From an uncultured delta proteobacterium (GTDB lineage: Bacteria > Desulfobacterota > Binatia > Binatales > Binataceae): a stretch of 64,000 bases of DNA. Location of the stretch: contig CAWENP010000027.1 of assembly GCA_963810495.1 (NCBI GenBank), positions 23,139 through 87,138 on the forward strand, given 5' to 3'. Each line of letters begins with the position of its first letter. The stretch's first letter is position 1. This document shows, piece after piece, positions 1 to 8,358 of the stretch. Made by a program: the position numbers and the translations under genes. A model generated the notes under the pieces. That model had not been told where the DNA came from and did no database searches. It saw only the letters and a program-made list of their open reading frames with translations.

Positions 1-231
1 CACCACCGCCGCGCCCACTCGCACGCCCGAGGTTTTTTCGGCCTCGGTCACGGCGGCGCGAATCGCGTCGACCGTGGCTTCGATATTCACGACTACGCCC
101 TTGCGGAGTCCCGTGCAGGGCGCCACGCCAAAGCCGAGCACGGTGGCGCCGCCGCCCTCGGGCAGCGACTCGGCGACGAGCGCGCAAACCTTGCTCGTCC
201 CGACGTCCAATGCGGTCAGCACGTTTCTCAT
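1..231 (-). CDS. ftsA: Cell division protein FtsA, N-terminal part (truncated by window edge)
   Basis: Manual translation from ATG 231: MRNVLTALDVGTSKVCALVAE...GLRKGVVVNIEATVDAI, the FtsA N-terminal motif; ATGA overlap with upstream gene; dcw position. Confidence 0.93.
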   Translation of the reverse strand, partial: MRNVLTALDVGTSKVCALVAESLPEGGGATVLGFGVAPCTGLRKGVVVNIEATVDAIRAAVTEAEKTSGVRVGAAVV

Positions 232-1007
232 CTCCGCCCGCCCCCACTAACGCGTATGCCGCCACCGGGGCGAGTCCGTTCGGCGATGCGGCGCACGGCG
301 CCCGGTCCCTGCATGGCGGCAAGCGGCGCCGTCGCGCGGAGCCGCATCACCGCCTGCCCCGGCGTGGTCATGTCGACCATTGCGATCAGCTGCTCCTGCC
401 CGCGCCATTGGCCAAGCACTTCCGTTGCGCGCTTGAGTTGCGCCGGCGCGTCGTCGAGGTCGACCCGCAACTCGGTGTGCGAGCGATCGAAAAAGAGCGA
501 CACCGTGCCGTCGCCATCCAGCCGCATCTCGGAGACCAGCCCCGAGAGCGCCACCTCGGCGCGCACCAGCGCGGCCGCGTAGCGCACGAGGTCCTGCGCG
601 CCCGCCGTTTGCACCGCCGCGCCGCTTAGGATTGGCAGATCGCCCGCGCGCGACGCCTGGACCGGCCCGCGCAACTCACCCTCTGCGAAGAGCGCATAGA
701 AACCGTCATGGCGCTCGACCAGCGCGACCGCGTCGCCTTGCCGCGGGCGCGCGATCGGCGCGAGCATCGCACTCTCGGTCGTCCGATCGCGCCACTCGGT
801 AAATGTCCCGGCCGCCTCGGCCCAATATGACGCCAGAGTCACGCGCGCGCGCGCCGCGAGCGCGCGGCCCGCCTGGCTAAGGCCGGTCGCCATCCCGAGA
901 ACGAAAAAAGCGCACAGCACGAGGCCCAGCGCCTTACTCGACCAGCCCCAGGAATTCCTGGCCGCCGCCGCGCCCTTGCTTCGCTTCGCTACCGCCCGCT
1001 TCGCCAC
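228..1007 (-). CDS. ftsQ: Divergent FtsQ/DivIB-like bitopic membrane protein
   Basis: Between murB and ftsA; basic N-tail, one TM helix, C-terminal 'DLPILSG...VSEMRLD...MVDMTTPGQAVMR' resembling the FtsQ beta domain. Confidence 0.65.
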   Translation of the reverse strand: MAKRAVAKRSKGAAAARNSWGWSSKALGLVLCAFFVLGMATGLSQAGRALAARARVTLASYWAEAAGTFTEWRDRTTESAMLAPIARPRQGDAVALVERHDGFYALFAEGELRGPVQASRAGDLPILSGAAVQTAGAQDLVRYAAALVRAEVALSGLVSEMRLDGDGTVSLFFDRSHTELRVDLDDAPAQLKRATEVLGQWRGQEQLIAMVDMTTPGQAVMRLRATAPLAAMQGPGAVRRIAERTRPGGGIRVSGGGRR

Positions 1008-1060
1008 TACCGCCCCACGTCCCCCGCAATCAAAATCGTCCGCTGATCACCACTCGCCCC

Positions 1061-1963
1061 TCACCACTCGCCTATCATGCGCACTTCGGCTTCCAGAGCC
1101 ACTCCGCTTTGTTCCTGGACCCGGCTTCGCGCGAGCTCAATCAGCCCCCGCACGTCTTCGGCGCGCGCGCCGCCCAGGTTGACGATAAAATTCGCGTGCT
1201 CGGTCGAAAACGCCGCCGCCCCCATCCGCGCGCCCTTGAGTCCCGCGCTCTCGAGCAGCCGCCCGGCAAAGTTGCCGGGCGGATTTTTGAAAATCGAACC
1301 CGCGTTGGGCAGCCCCCGCGGCTGACGCGCGGCCCGTTTGGCCTTGAGCTCCGCGACACGCGCGCGCAACTGCTCGCGATCGCTGTGCTCCAACTCGAAA
1401 TCGACCCGCGTGATGACGAAGCGCGGCGGCAACTCAGTGCGGCGATAGGAAAACTTGACCTCGGCGCCGCTCAGCGCGAGCGACTGGCCCTGTTCGTTGA
1501 CTCCGTGGACCAGCCTCACCACTCGCGCGATTTCGCCGCCGAACGCACCCGCGTTCATCACCAGGCCGCCGCCGACGCTGCCCGGGATGCCCTCGCCGAA
1601 CTCAAGCCCCCTAAGCCCGCGCTCGATCGCGTCGTGGACCAGCGCGCCGAACTGCGCGGCTGCTCCCGCTCGCACCTGCAAGTCGTCGAACTCCAGGTGC
1701 GTGAAGCCCTCGCCCAGGCGAACGACGAGACCGCGCACACCGCGATCGCTGACCAGCAGATTGGTGCCCGCGCCGAGGCAGAACGCCGGCACCCGCTCGC
1801 ACCACGCCGCGGCCATCGCGGCGCGCAACTCGTCCTCGCTCTCAACCTCGAGCAACACATCGGCGGGACCGCCGATCCGAAATGAGGTAAGCTCGGCGAG
1901 CAACGCGCCGGTCCGAAGCCGCGCGCCGAAGCGGGCGCGTAATTCCTGCTCAAGCCGGTTCAT
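1061..1963 (-). CDS. murB: UDP-N-acetylenolpyruvoylglucosamine reductase
   Basis: TSFRIGGPAD, GAGTNLL, GIPGSVGG..MNAGA, NAGSIFKNP, HANFIVN motifs; start set at ATG 1963. Confidence 0.95.
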   Translation of the reverse strand: MNRLEQELRARFGARLRTGALLAELTSFRIGGPADVLLEVESEDELRAAMAAAWCERVPAFCLGAGTNLLVSDRGVRGLVVRLGEGFTHLEFDDLQVRAGAAAQFGALVHDAIERGLRGLEFGEGIPGSVGGGLVMNAGAFGGEIARVVRLVHGVNEQGQSLALSGAEVKFSYRRTELPPRFVITRVDFELEHSDREQLRARVAELKAKRAARQPRGLPNAGSIFKNPPGNFAGRLLESAGLKGARMGAAAFSTEHANFIVNLGGARAEDVRGLIELARSRVQEQSGVALEAEVRMIGEW

Positions 1964-3410
1964 GGGTCTTGGTCGCGTAGCCGAGGTTTTGCAGCACGGC
2001 TTCGCCGAGTTGATAGACGTCACCGGCGCCCAGGGTCACGAGCAAATCGCCCGCCATCGTGTCGGCGGCAATCCGCGCCACCGGATCCGGTTCGTCGCCC
2101 AGATATCGCACGTCGAGATGGCCGCGCGCGCGCAGCGCCTCGTAGAGCCGGCGCGCCGAAACCTCGGCCAGCGGTTCCTCACCCGCCGAATAGACGTCGC
2201 AGAGATAAAGCACGTCGGCGTCGTCGAAGGCGCCGAGAAAATCGTCGAAGAGGTCGCGCAGCCGGGTGTAGCGATGGGGCTGGAAGACCACCACGACGCG
2301 CCGCTTGAACGCCGCGCGCGCCGCAGCCAGCGTGGCGCGGACTTCCGCCGGATGATGCGCGTAGTCGTCGAGCACGATACGCCCCGCCGCTTCGCCCTTG
2401 ATCTCGAAACGCCGGCTGATGCCCGAAAACGCCGACAGCGCGCGCGCCGCCACTTCGAACTCGACGCCCACCGCGAGCGCGACGCCCACTGCCGCGAGCG
2501 CATTGAGCGCGACGTGACGGCCCGGCGTCGGCACCTCGACCGCGCCCAACTCGCGGCTGGCGCGGATCACCGTGAAGCGCGTCGAGAGGCCGTCGATCAC
2601 GATATTCTCGGCGCGCAACTCGGCGTCATGCGCCACTCCGTAAGTCAGCATGGGCTTGCGCACCGACGCCAGCAGCCCGCGCACGTTGACGCTGTCGATA
2701 CCGAGCACAGCCAGGCCATAAAAAGGCACGCGGTTGATGAAGTTGAGATAGGCCTCGCGCACCCGCTCCATCGTGACGTAATGGTCGAGATGCTCCGGAT
2801 CGATATTCGTGACGACCGCGATGGTCGGGAGCAACAGCAGGAAGGAAGCGTCGCTCTCGTCGGCCTCGGCCACCATGTAGTCGCCGCTGCCGAGGCGAAC
2901 GTTGCTGCTGCGCGCGCGCAGGTTGCCGCCAACCGCCACGGTCGGATCGAGCCCGGCTTCCTCCAGGATGAGCCCGACGAGCGAGGTGGTTGTGGTCTTG
3001 CCATGCGTGCCGGCGACGGCCACGCCCAGGCGCACCATGCGCAACAACTCGCCGAGCATCTCGGCGCGCGCGATAACCGGAATCTGCAACGCGCGGGCGC
3101 GCGCAACTTCGGGATTGGAAAATTTCACCGCCGAGGAAATCACCACGGCGTCCAGACGCTGCGTGACGTGATCGGCAATATGTTCAGCAATGTGATCAGC
3201 GATGTGATCAGGATGATGGCCCTGGAAGACTTGCACGCCCAGTGCGGCGAGCCGCTCGGTGGTGGGACCGAGATGCTGATCGCATCCGCTCACCGCGAAG
3301 CCGAGCCGCAGCGACAACTCCGCGATGCCGCTCATGCCGGCGCCGCCGACCCCGATGAAATGCAGGCGGCGCTGACGGCTGAGCAATCCCTTGGCGAGAG
3401 CTTCACTCAT
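1950..3410 (-). CDS. murC: UDP-N-acetylmuramate--L-alanine ligase
   Basis: HFIGVGGAGMSGIA, AGTHGKTTT, EADESD, DDYAHHP, FQPHRYTR; start at ATG 3410. Confidence 0.96.
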   Translation of the reverse strand: MSEALAKGLLSRQRRLHFIGVGGAGMSGIAELSLRLGFAVSGCDQHLGPTTERLAALGVQVFQGHHPDHIADHIAEHIADHVTQRLDAVVISSAVKFSNPEVARARALQIPVIARAEMLGELLRMVRLGVAVAGTHGKTTTTSLVGLILEEAGLDPTVAVGGNLRARSSNVRLGSGDYMVAEADESDASFLLLLPTIAVVTNIDPEHLDHYVTMERVREAYLNFINRVPFYGLAVLGIDSVNVRGLLASVRKPMLTYGVAHDAELRAENIVIDGLSTRFTVIRASRELGAVEVPTPGRHVALNALAAVGVALAVGVEFEVAARALSAFSGISRRFEIKGEAAGRIVLDDYAHHPAEVRATLAAARAAFKRRVVVVFQPHRYTRLRDLFDDFLGAFDDADVLYLCDVYSAGEEPLAEVSARRLYEALRARGHLDVRYLGDEPDPVARIAADTMAGDLLVTLGAGDVYQLGEAVLQNLGYATKTHEPA

Positions 3411-4492
3411 GCGGCAACGTGCTCCCTTGAACCAAGCTCGAAACATAGCTCTGCGATCGTGCGGGCCGCGTCGGGCTTCGCCGCGGTGCGCGCCCGCGCG
3501 GCCATCCGCACCAGCCGCGCCGGATCGGCGATAAGCTCGCGCAGCGTCGCGGCGAGATTTTCACCGAGCCGCGCATCGTCGGCGACGATCACGGCTGCGC
3601 CGCGCCGCTCGAGCACCTTCGCGTTGAGTTCCTGCTGGCGGTCGCGATGGAACGGATAAGGAACGAAAACGGCGGGGCGACCGGCGAGCGCGACTTCCGA
3701 AACGGTCATCGCACCCGCGCGCGCCACGAGCAGGTCGGCGCGCGCAAGTGCGTGCGCCATGTCGTCGATAAACGGCACCACTTGCGCCTGACAGCCGAGC
3801 GCCGCGTACCCACCCTTCACCAGCTCCACGTCCGCCTCCCCTGTCTGGTGGACCAGCGTAATTTTTATAACACCTTCTCGCAAATTTCTCAAGGCATTAA
3901 TTACGCCTTCGTTAAGACGATGCGCACCGGTCGAGCCGCCTAAAACAAGGATTTGCAACGGATCGTGGATTTTAAGAGGCGACGGCTCAATATTAAAACG
4001 CACAGGATTGCCGCTTACCACAACTTTAGGCGAATGAAACAGTGACACTGATGCGTCAAAGCCGACACAGACCTTTTTGGCGAAGCGCCAGAGTACCCGG
4101 TTCGACAACCCCGGCCGCGTGTTCTGTTCCATCAGTACCAGCGGCGTCCGCGCGATAATGGCCGCCATCGCCATCGGCACCGACGCGTAGCCGCCCGCGC
4201 CCAGGACCAGGTCGGCACCGAACGAGCGGAGCAATCCGCGCGCCCGCCTAAGCGCCGCGACAAACTCGCCCATCGCGCGAACCCGCTCGAGAGGGCTATG
4301 GCCGCGAAGCCCGTGGACCTCGAACAATTCGTAGCGCAAACCGCTGCGCGGCATCCATCGCGCCTCCAGCCCCGCCGTGGTGCCGACGAACAGCACTTCG
4401 GTCTCCGGCCGCTCGCGCAGCATCGCCTCGCCCACCGCAACCGCGGGAAAGAGATGTCCGCCGGTGCCACCGCCCGCGATTATCACTTTCAT
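3407..4492 (-). CDS. murG: Lipid II GlcNAc transferase MurG
   Basis: MKVIIAGGGTGGHLFP, GGYAS, EQN, GNPVR, GGSTGA, RAGAMTVSE, QELNA; start at ATG 4492. Confidence 0.96.
   Translation of the reverse strand: MKVIIAGGGTGGHLFPAVAVGEAMLRERPETEVLFVGTTAGLEARWMPRSGLRYELFEVHGLRGHSPLERVRAMGEFVAALRRARGLLRSFGADLVLGAGGYASVPMAMAAIIARTPLVLMEQNTRPGLSNRVLWRFAKKVCVGFDASVSLFHSPKVVVSGNPVRFNIEPSPLKIHDPLQILVLGGSTGAHRLNEGVINALRNLREGVIKITLVHQTGEADVELVKGGYAALGCQAQVVPFIDDMAHALARADLLVARAGAMTVSEVALAGRPAVFVPYPFHRDRQQELNAKVLERRGAAVIVADDARLGENLAATLRELIADPARLVRMAARARTAAKPDAARTIAELCFELGSREHVAA
3864..3892 (-). promoter_or_regulatory. Putative internal sigma70 promoter within murG
   Basis: Minus strand TTGAGA (3892-3887), 17-nt spacer, TATAAA (3869-3864) preceded by TGn, inside an AT-rich patch. 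Confidence 0.55.
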
Positions 4493-5637
4493 CGCACCGC
4501 CGGTCTGCGCGCCAGGGCGAGCAGCGTCCCCAGCGCGGCCATCGCCATCACCATCGCGGTCCCGCCGTAACTCAGAAAGGGCAGCGGCAGGCCCTTGGTC
4601 GGCACCAGACCGATCACGACCGCCATGTTGACCAGCGCCTGCAGCGTGAGCAGCGCGGTCAGGCCGACAGCGAGCAGGCTCGCAAACGGATCGGGCTCCG
4701 CGTGCGCGACCCGCATCCCGCGAATCAGGATCGTGCCGAACAACACCAGCACAGCAACAGCGCCGAGCAATCCAAACTCCTCGCCGACCACGGCAAAGAC
4801 GAAATCGGTGTGGGCCTGCGGGAGATAGAACATCTTCTGCCGTCCGGCGCCGAGCCCGACGCCCCATCCGCCGCCCGCGCCGAGCGCGATGAAGGACTGG
4901 ATGAGCTGGAAGCCGGCGCCGCGGGCGGTTTGCCAGGGATCGAGAAAGGCGCTCAGGCGGCGCATCCTGTAGGGTTTTGCTACAGCTTGCAGTGCGAGCA
5001 CCGCCAGCGCGCCGCCGCCCGCGGCGCCGAGATGCTTCAGCCGCGCGCCCGCCGCGAACAGCATCGCGAACAGCAGCATCACTACCATCACCGTGTTGCC
5101 GAAGTCAGGCTGCTTCAGGATCAGCAGCGCGAGCGGGCCCACTGTGATAAACGCAGGCAGCGGGCCGCTCGCAAACGTGTTCATCCGCTCCTGGCGGCGG
5201 CTCAAGAAGTCGGCAAGAAAAAAGACCATCGCAAATTTGGCCAGCTCCGAAGGCTCCGCGAGCAGCGGCCCGAGCCTGAGCCAGCGGCGCGCCCCGCCGC
5301 GCATCACGCCGAGCCCGGGAATCCACAACGCCAGCAGCATCACCAGCGCCACCACCATCAGCGGCACCACCAGCCGGCGCAATCCACGCAACGAGAGCTG
5401 CGAAAGCAGCGCGAGCGCGACCAGCCCGGCCGCGATATGGCAAAGCTGAAGCTTGAAGAAGTGAAACGCGTCACCGGTCTTCTCGAGCCCAAGGAAATAG
5501 GTGGTGTTGAGCACCATCAGCAAGCCCAGCACCGCCAGCACCGCCGCCGGCAGATACAGCCAGGGGTCGAGTTGGGGCCGGGCGACCGACTCAAAGCGCC
5601 CGAACCAACTCCTGAAATATTCGCCCGCGCTCCGCAT
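4489..5637 (-). CDS. ftsW: SEDS peptidoglycan polymerase FtsW
   Basis: GARRWL, EPSELAK, QPDFG, YLPQAHTDFVF, PTKGLPLPFLSYGG; multiple TM segments. Confidence 0.95.
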   Translation of the reverse strand: MRSAGEYFRSWFGRFESVARPQLDPWLYLPAAVLAVLGLLMVLNTTYFLGLEKTGDAFHFFKLQLCHIAAGLVALALLSQLSLRGLRRLVVPLMVVALVMLLALWIPGLGVMRGGARRWLRLGPLLAEPSELAKFAMVFFLADFLSRRQERMNTFASGPLPAFITVGPLALLILKQPDFGNTVMVVMLLFAMLFAAGARLKHLGAAGGGALAVLALQAVAKPYRMRRLSAFLDPWQTARGAGFQLIQSFIALGAGGGWGVGLGAGRQKMFYLPQAHTDFVFAVVGEEFGLLGAVAVLVLFGTILIRGMRVAHAEPDPFASLLAVGLTALLTLQALVNMAVVIGLVPTKGLPLPFLSYGGTAMVMAMAALGTLLALARRPAVR

Positions 5638-6949
5638 AGTTCCTGAATTGATCGAAACTCGAGCAGGCCGGCGAGAGCATCACGGTGTCGCCGCGGCGCG
5701 CGGCCGCTGCCGCGCGCTGCACCGCCTCGTCCAGCGTCTGCACGAGTTCGATTTCGGTTGCACCCTCAAGCGCCGCGCGCATCGTGTCGCGCGCCGCGCC
5801 GATTAGAATCAGCAGCCGCACCTTCTCGCCGAGCGGCTCGCGCAGCGGCGCGTAATCGCCACCCTTGTCCATACCGCCGGCGATCAGAATCACCGGCGCG
5901 CGCACCGCCGCGAGCGCCTCGACCACCGAGGCCACGTTGGTTCCCTTGGAGTCATCGATATAAGTCACGCCGTCGCGCTCGGCGACGAATTCCATGCGAT
6001 GCGGCAGCCCGGCGAAATCCGCCAGCGCCGCCTCGATCGCGCGCGGTTCAATACCGCTTACCAACGCCGCGGCGGCAGCCGCCATCGCGTTGGCGATATT
6101 GTGACGGCCCACGAGCCGCATGCGCTTGAGACTGATACGGCCGTGGCGGGTGCGAATGTCGAAGATCAGATCGTGGCCGTCGTAGCCGATCGCGGGCGTG
6201 GACTCGGCCGGCCCCAGGCCGAAGCTCATCACCTGCGCGGAAATTTTGGTGCGCAAAAACCACACTCGCGGATCGTCGCGATTCAGAATCGCCCAGTCGT
6301 AGCGGTCTTGCATGCGGAACAGGCGTGCCTTGGCGCTGCCGTATTCGTCGAGGTCCTTGTAGCGATCGAGATGATCCTCGGCGAGGTTGAGGTGTACTGC
6401 GACGTGCGGCTTGAAGTGCTCGGTGCGCTCGAGCTGGTAGCTCGAGACCTCGGTGACCACCACGTCGAATTCTTCTCCGGCCGCCTCGACCAGCGGCGTG
6501 CCGAGGTTGCCGCCGGCGAAGACGCTGCGCCCCGCAGCCTTGAAAATTTCGCCGATGAGCGTGGTCACCGTGCTCTTGCCGTTGGTGCCGGTGACCGCGA
6601 CGATCGGCGCGGCGACGAAGCGGCTGCCAAGTTCCAGCTCGCCAATCACCGGGATTCGCCGGCGATCGGCTTCAATGAGCAGGCGCGAGGTGGGCGGTAC
6701 GCCGGGACTCGTGACCACCAGGTCGACGCCCTCAAGCCACGCCGGGTCTTCGGAGCCGAGATGGATCTCGCCGGGCGGCCTTGAGGCGTCGCCCGCCCCG
6801 CCACCGGCTTCGGAGTGGGAGTCGGCACGAAAATCGGGCCGCAGATCTGTCATCACCAGACGCGCGCCGCGCGCCGCCAAGAGGCGCGCGGCGGCGAGTC
6901 CGCTTACGCCGAGTCCGATCACCATCACGCGTTTGCCCGCAAGATCCAT
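5591..6949 (-). CDS. murD: UDP-MurNAc-L-Ala--D-glutamate ligase
   Basis: GLGVSG, TGTNGKST, EVSSYQL, DHLDRY, DDSKGTN, LSPACSSFDQF. Confidence 0.96.
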   Translation of the reverse strand: MDLAGKRVMVIGLGVSGLAAARLLAARGARLVMTDLRPDFRADSHSEAGGGAGDASRPPGEIHLGSEDPAWLEGVDLVVTSPGVPPTSRLLIEADRRRIPVIGELELGSRFVAAPIVAVTGTNGKSTVTTLIGEIFKAAGRSVFAGGNLGTPLVEAAGEEFDVVVTEVSSYQLERTEHFKPHVAVHLNLAEDHLDRYKDLDEYGSAKARLFRMQDRYDWAILNRDDPRVWFLRTKISAQVMSFGLGPAESTPAIGYDGHDLIFDIRTRHGRISLKRMRLVGRHNIANAMAAAAAALVSGIEPRAIEAALADFAGLPHRMEFVAERDGVTYIDDSKGTNVASVVEALAAVRAPVILIAGGMDKGGDYAPLREPLGEKVRLLILIGAARDTMRAALEGATEIELVQTLDEAVQRAAAAARRGDTVMLSPACSSFDQFRNYAERGRIFQELVRAL

Positions 6950-6983
6950 TGAAATAAGCGGCCGTGTTCTTCTGCCCGTATCC

Positions 6984-8063
6984 TCAGCGCAACTTGAGCG
7001 TGCTGAGCGCGACCAGCCCGCAGATGATCGAAATTATCCAAAACCGCACGACCACCTGCGTCTCCGGCCATCCGCCAAGTTCGAAGTGATGATGCAGCGG
7101 GGCCATCCGAAAAATGCGCCGATGCGTCGCCTTGTAGTAGTAACGCTGAAGGATAACCGAGCCGGCCTCGATGACGAAGATGCCGCCCGCGATCGGCAGC
7201 ACCAGTTCCTGCTTGGCGAGCACGGCGACGATGCCCAGCGCACCGCCGAGTCCGAGCGCGCCGACATCGCCCATCATCATCGAGGCCGGGTAGGCGTTGT
7301 ACCACAAGAAACCCAGCGACGCGGCGATCAGCGAGGCACAGAAGATCGCCAGTTCGCCCGCGCCCACTACGTGCGGGATATCGAGGTAGGCCGAAAATTT
7401 CAGATTGCCGGCGACGTAAGTGAAGGTCCAGTAGCAGAACGCGACCGTCATCACCGGGCCGATCGCCAGGCCGTCGAGCCCGTCGGTGACGTTGACCGCG
7501 TTGGAGCACGCGACCATCACGAACATTGCGAACAGCACGTAGAGCCATCGCGGCAGGCTCGGATGCAGGTTTTTGAAGAACGGGACGGTGAGCGTGGTAT
7601 CGAAGCGCAGCACCACGAACAGCACGAAGGACGCGAGGAACGCGCAGGCGAACTGCCAAAACAGCTTCTGCGGGCCGCTGAGGCCCTGGCCCTTGCCGCG
7701 GCGCAGTTTCAACAGATCGTCGGTGAAGCCGATCGCGCCGAAGGCCACGGTGACCAGGATCGCCAGCCACACATACGGATTGGCGGGATTCGCGAACAGG
7801 ATGGTGGCGATGAGCGCTGTGCTGAGGATGAGCAGCCCGCCCATCGTGGGCGTGCCGGCCTTCTTCTGATGGCTTTGCGGAACTTCGGCGCGGATGGTCT
7901 GGCCGATTTGCGCCGCGCGAAAACGTTGGATCAGCCTCGGACCCGCCGCCAGAGCCAACGCCAACGCAGCGAGCCCTGCCAGCACCGAGCGGAAAGTCTC
8001 GTAGCGCAGGACATTGAAGCCCACGTAGTGCGTGTGCAGCGGGTACAGGAGAACGTACAGCAT
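6984..8063 (-). CDS. mraY: Phospho-N-acetylmuramoyl-pentapeptide transferase
   Basis: KAGTPTMGG, NVTDGLDGLA, MGDVG, MAPLHHHFE; start at ATG 8063. Confidence 0.96.
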   Translation of the reverse strand: MLYVLLYPLHTHYVGFNVLRYETFRSVLAGLAALALALAAGPRLIQRFRAAQIGQTIRAEVPQSHQKKAGTPTMGGLLILSTALIATILFANPANPYVWLAILVTVAFGAIGFTDDLLKLRRGKGQGLSGPQKLFWQFACAFLASFVLFVVLRFDTTLTVPFFKNLHPSLPRWLYVLFAMFVMVACSNAVNVTDGLDGLAIGPVMTVAFCYWTFTYVAGNLKFSAYLDIPHVVGAGELAIFCASLIAASLGFLWYNAYPASMMMGDVGALGLGGALGIVAVLAKQELVLPIAGGIFVIEAGSVILQRYYYKATHRRIFRMAPLHHHFELGGWPETQVVVRFWIISIICGLVALSTLKLR

Positions 8064-8175
8064 CGGGCAAAACCATCTTCGAGTGTGCTGGCCGCAGCCG
8101 CCGCGGCGCAAGATGCGCCCCAAGAAGCGCCCCGAGATTCGAGCGTCGATAGCCGCGGCCTGACTACGCGCGCGT

Positions 8176-8328
8176 GCCGGGCGGCCTTAGGCCGCCCGGC
8201 CACGAACGCCTTCCCCGTCGCGGCGGTACTGCTCGCGCCATCCTTCGCAGCCTGGAATTCTGAGGCAAGCCTTCGATCGGCCACCCAACCACCCGTCCAC
8301 CACCTCCGACCGAAGGCCTCCCTCAGAA
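8176..8328 (-). other. Structured intergenic element (two hairpins) between murE and mraY
   Basis: Near-perfect IR GCCGGGCGGCCT-T-AGGCCGCCCGGC (8176-8200); ~23-bp stem 8258-8280/8306-8328 whose imperfections are mostly G-U pairs on the minus strand. Confidence 0.6.
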
Positions 8329-8358
8329 CGCCACCCGCAACCCCCGCCCTCCTTCGCG

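Noticed and set aside
1455-3659. 734-aa plus-strand ORF, and similar long ORFs at 6453-8591, 10326-12212 and 49442-51835
   Set aside because: Antisense shadows of well-supported genes; long stop-free frames are expected at this GC content and show no family motifs
3905-3928. GGTGCGCAT on the minus strand resembling the XerC arm of dif
   Set aside because: No XerD arm (TTATGTTAAAT) at the right spacing; the bases encode the MurG GA motif
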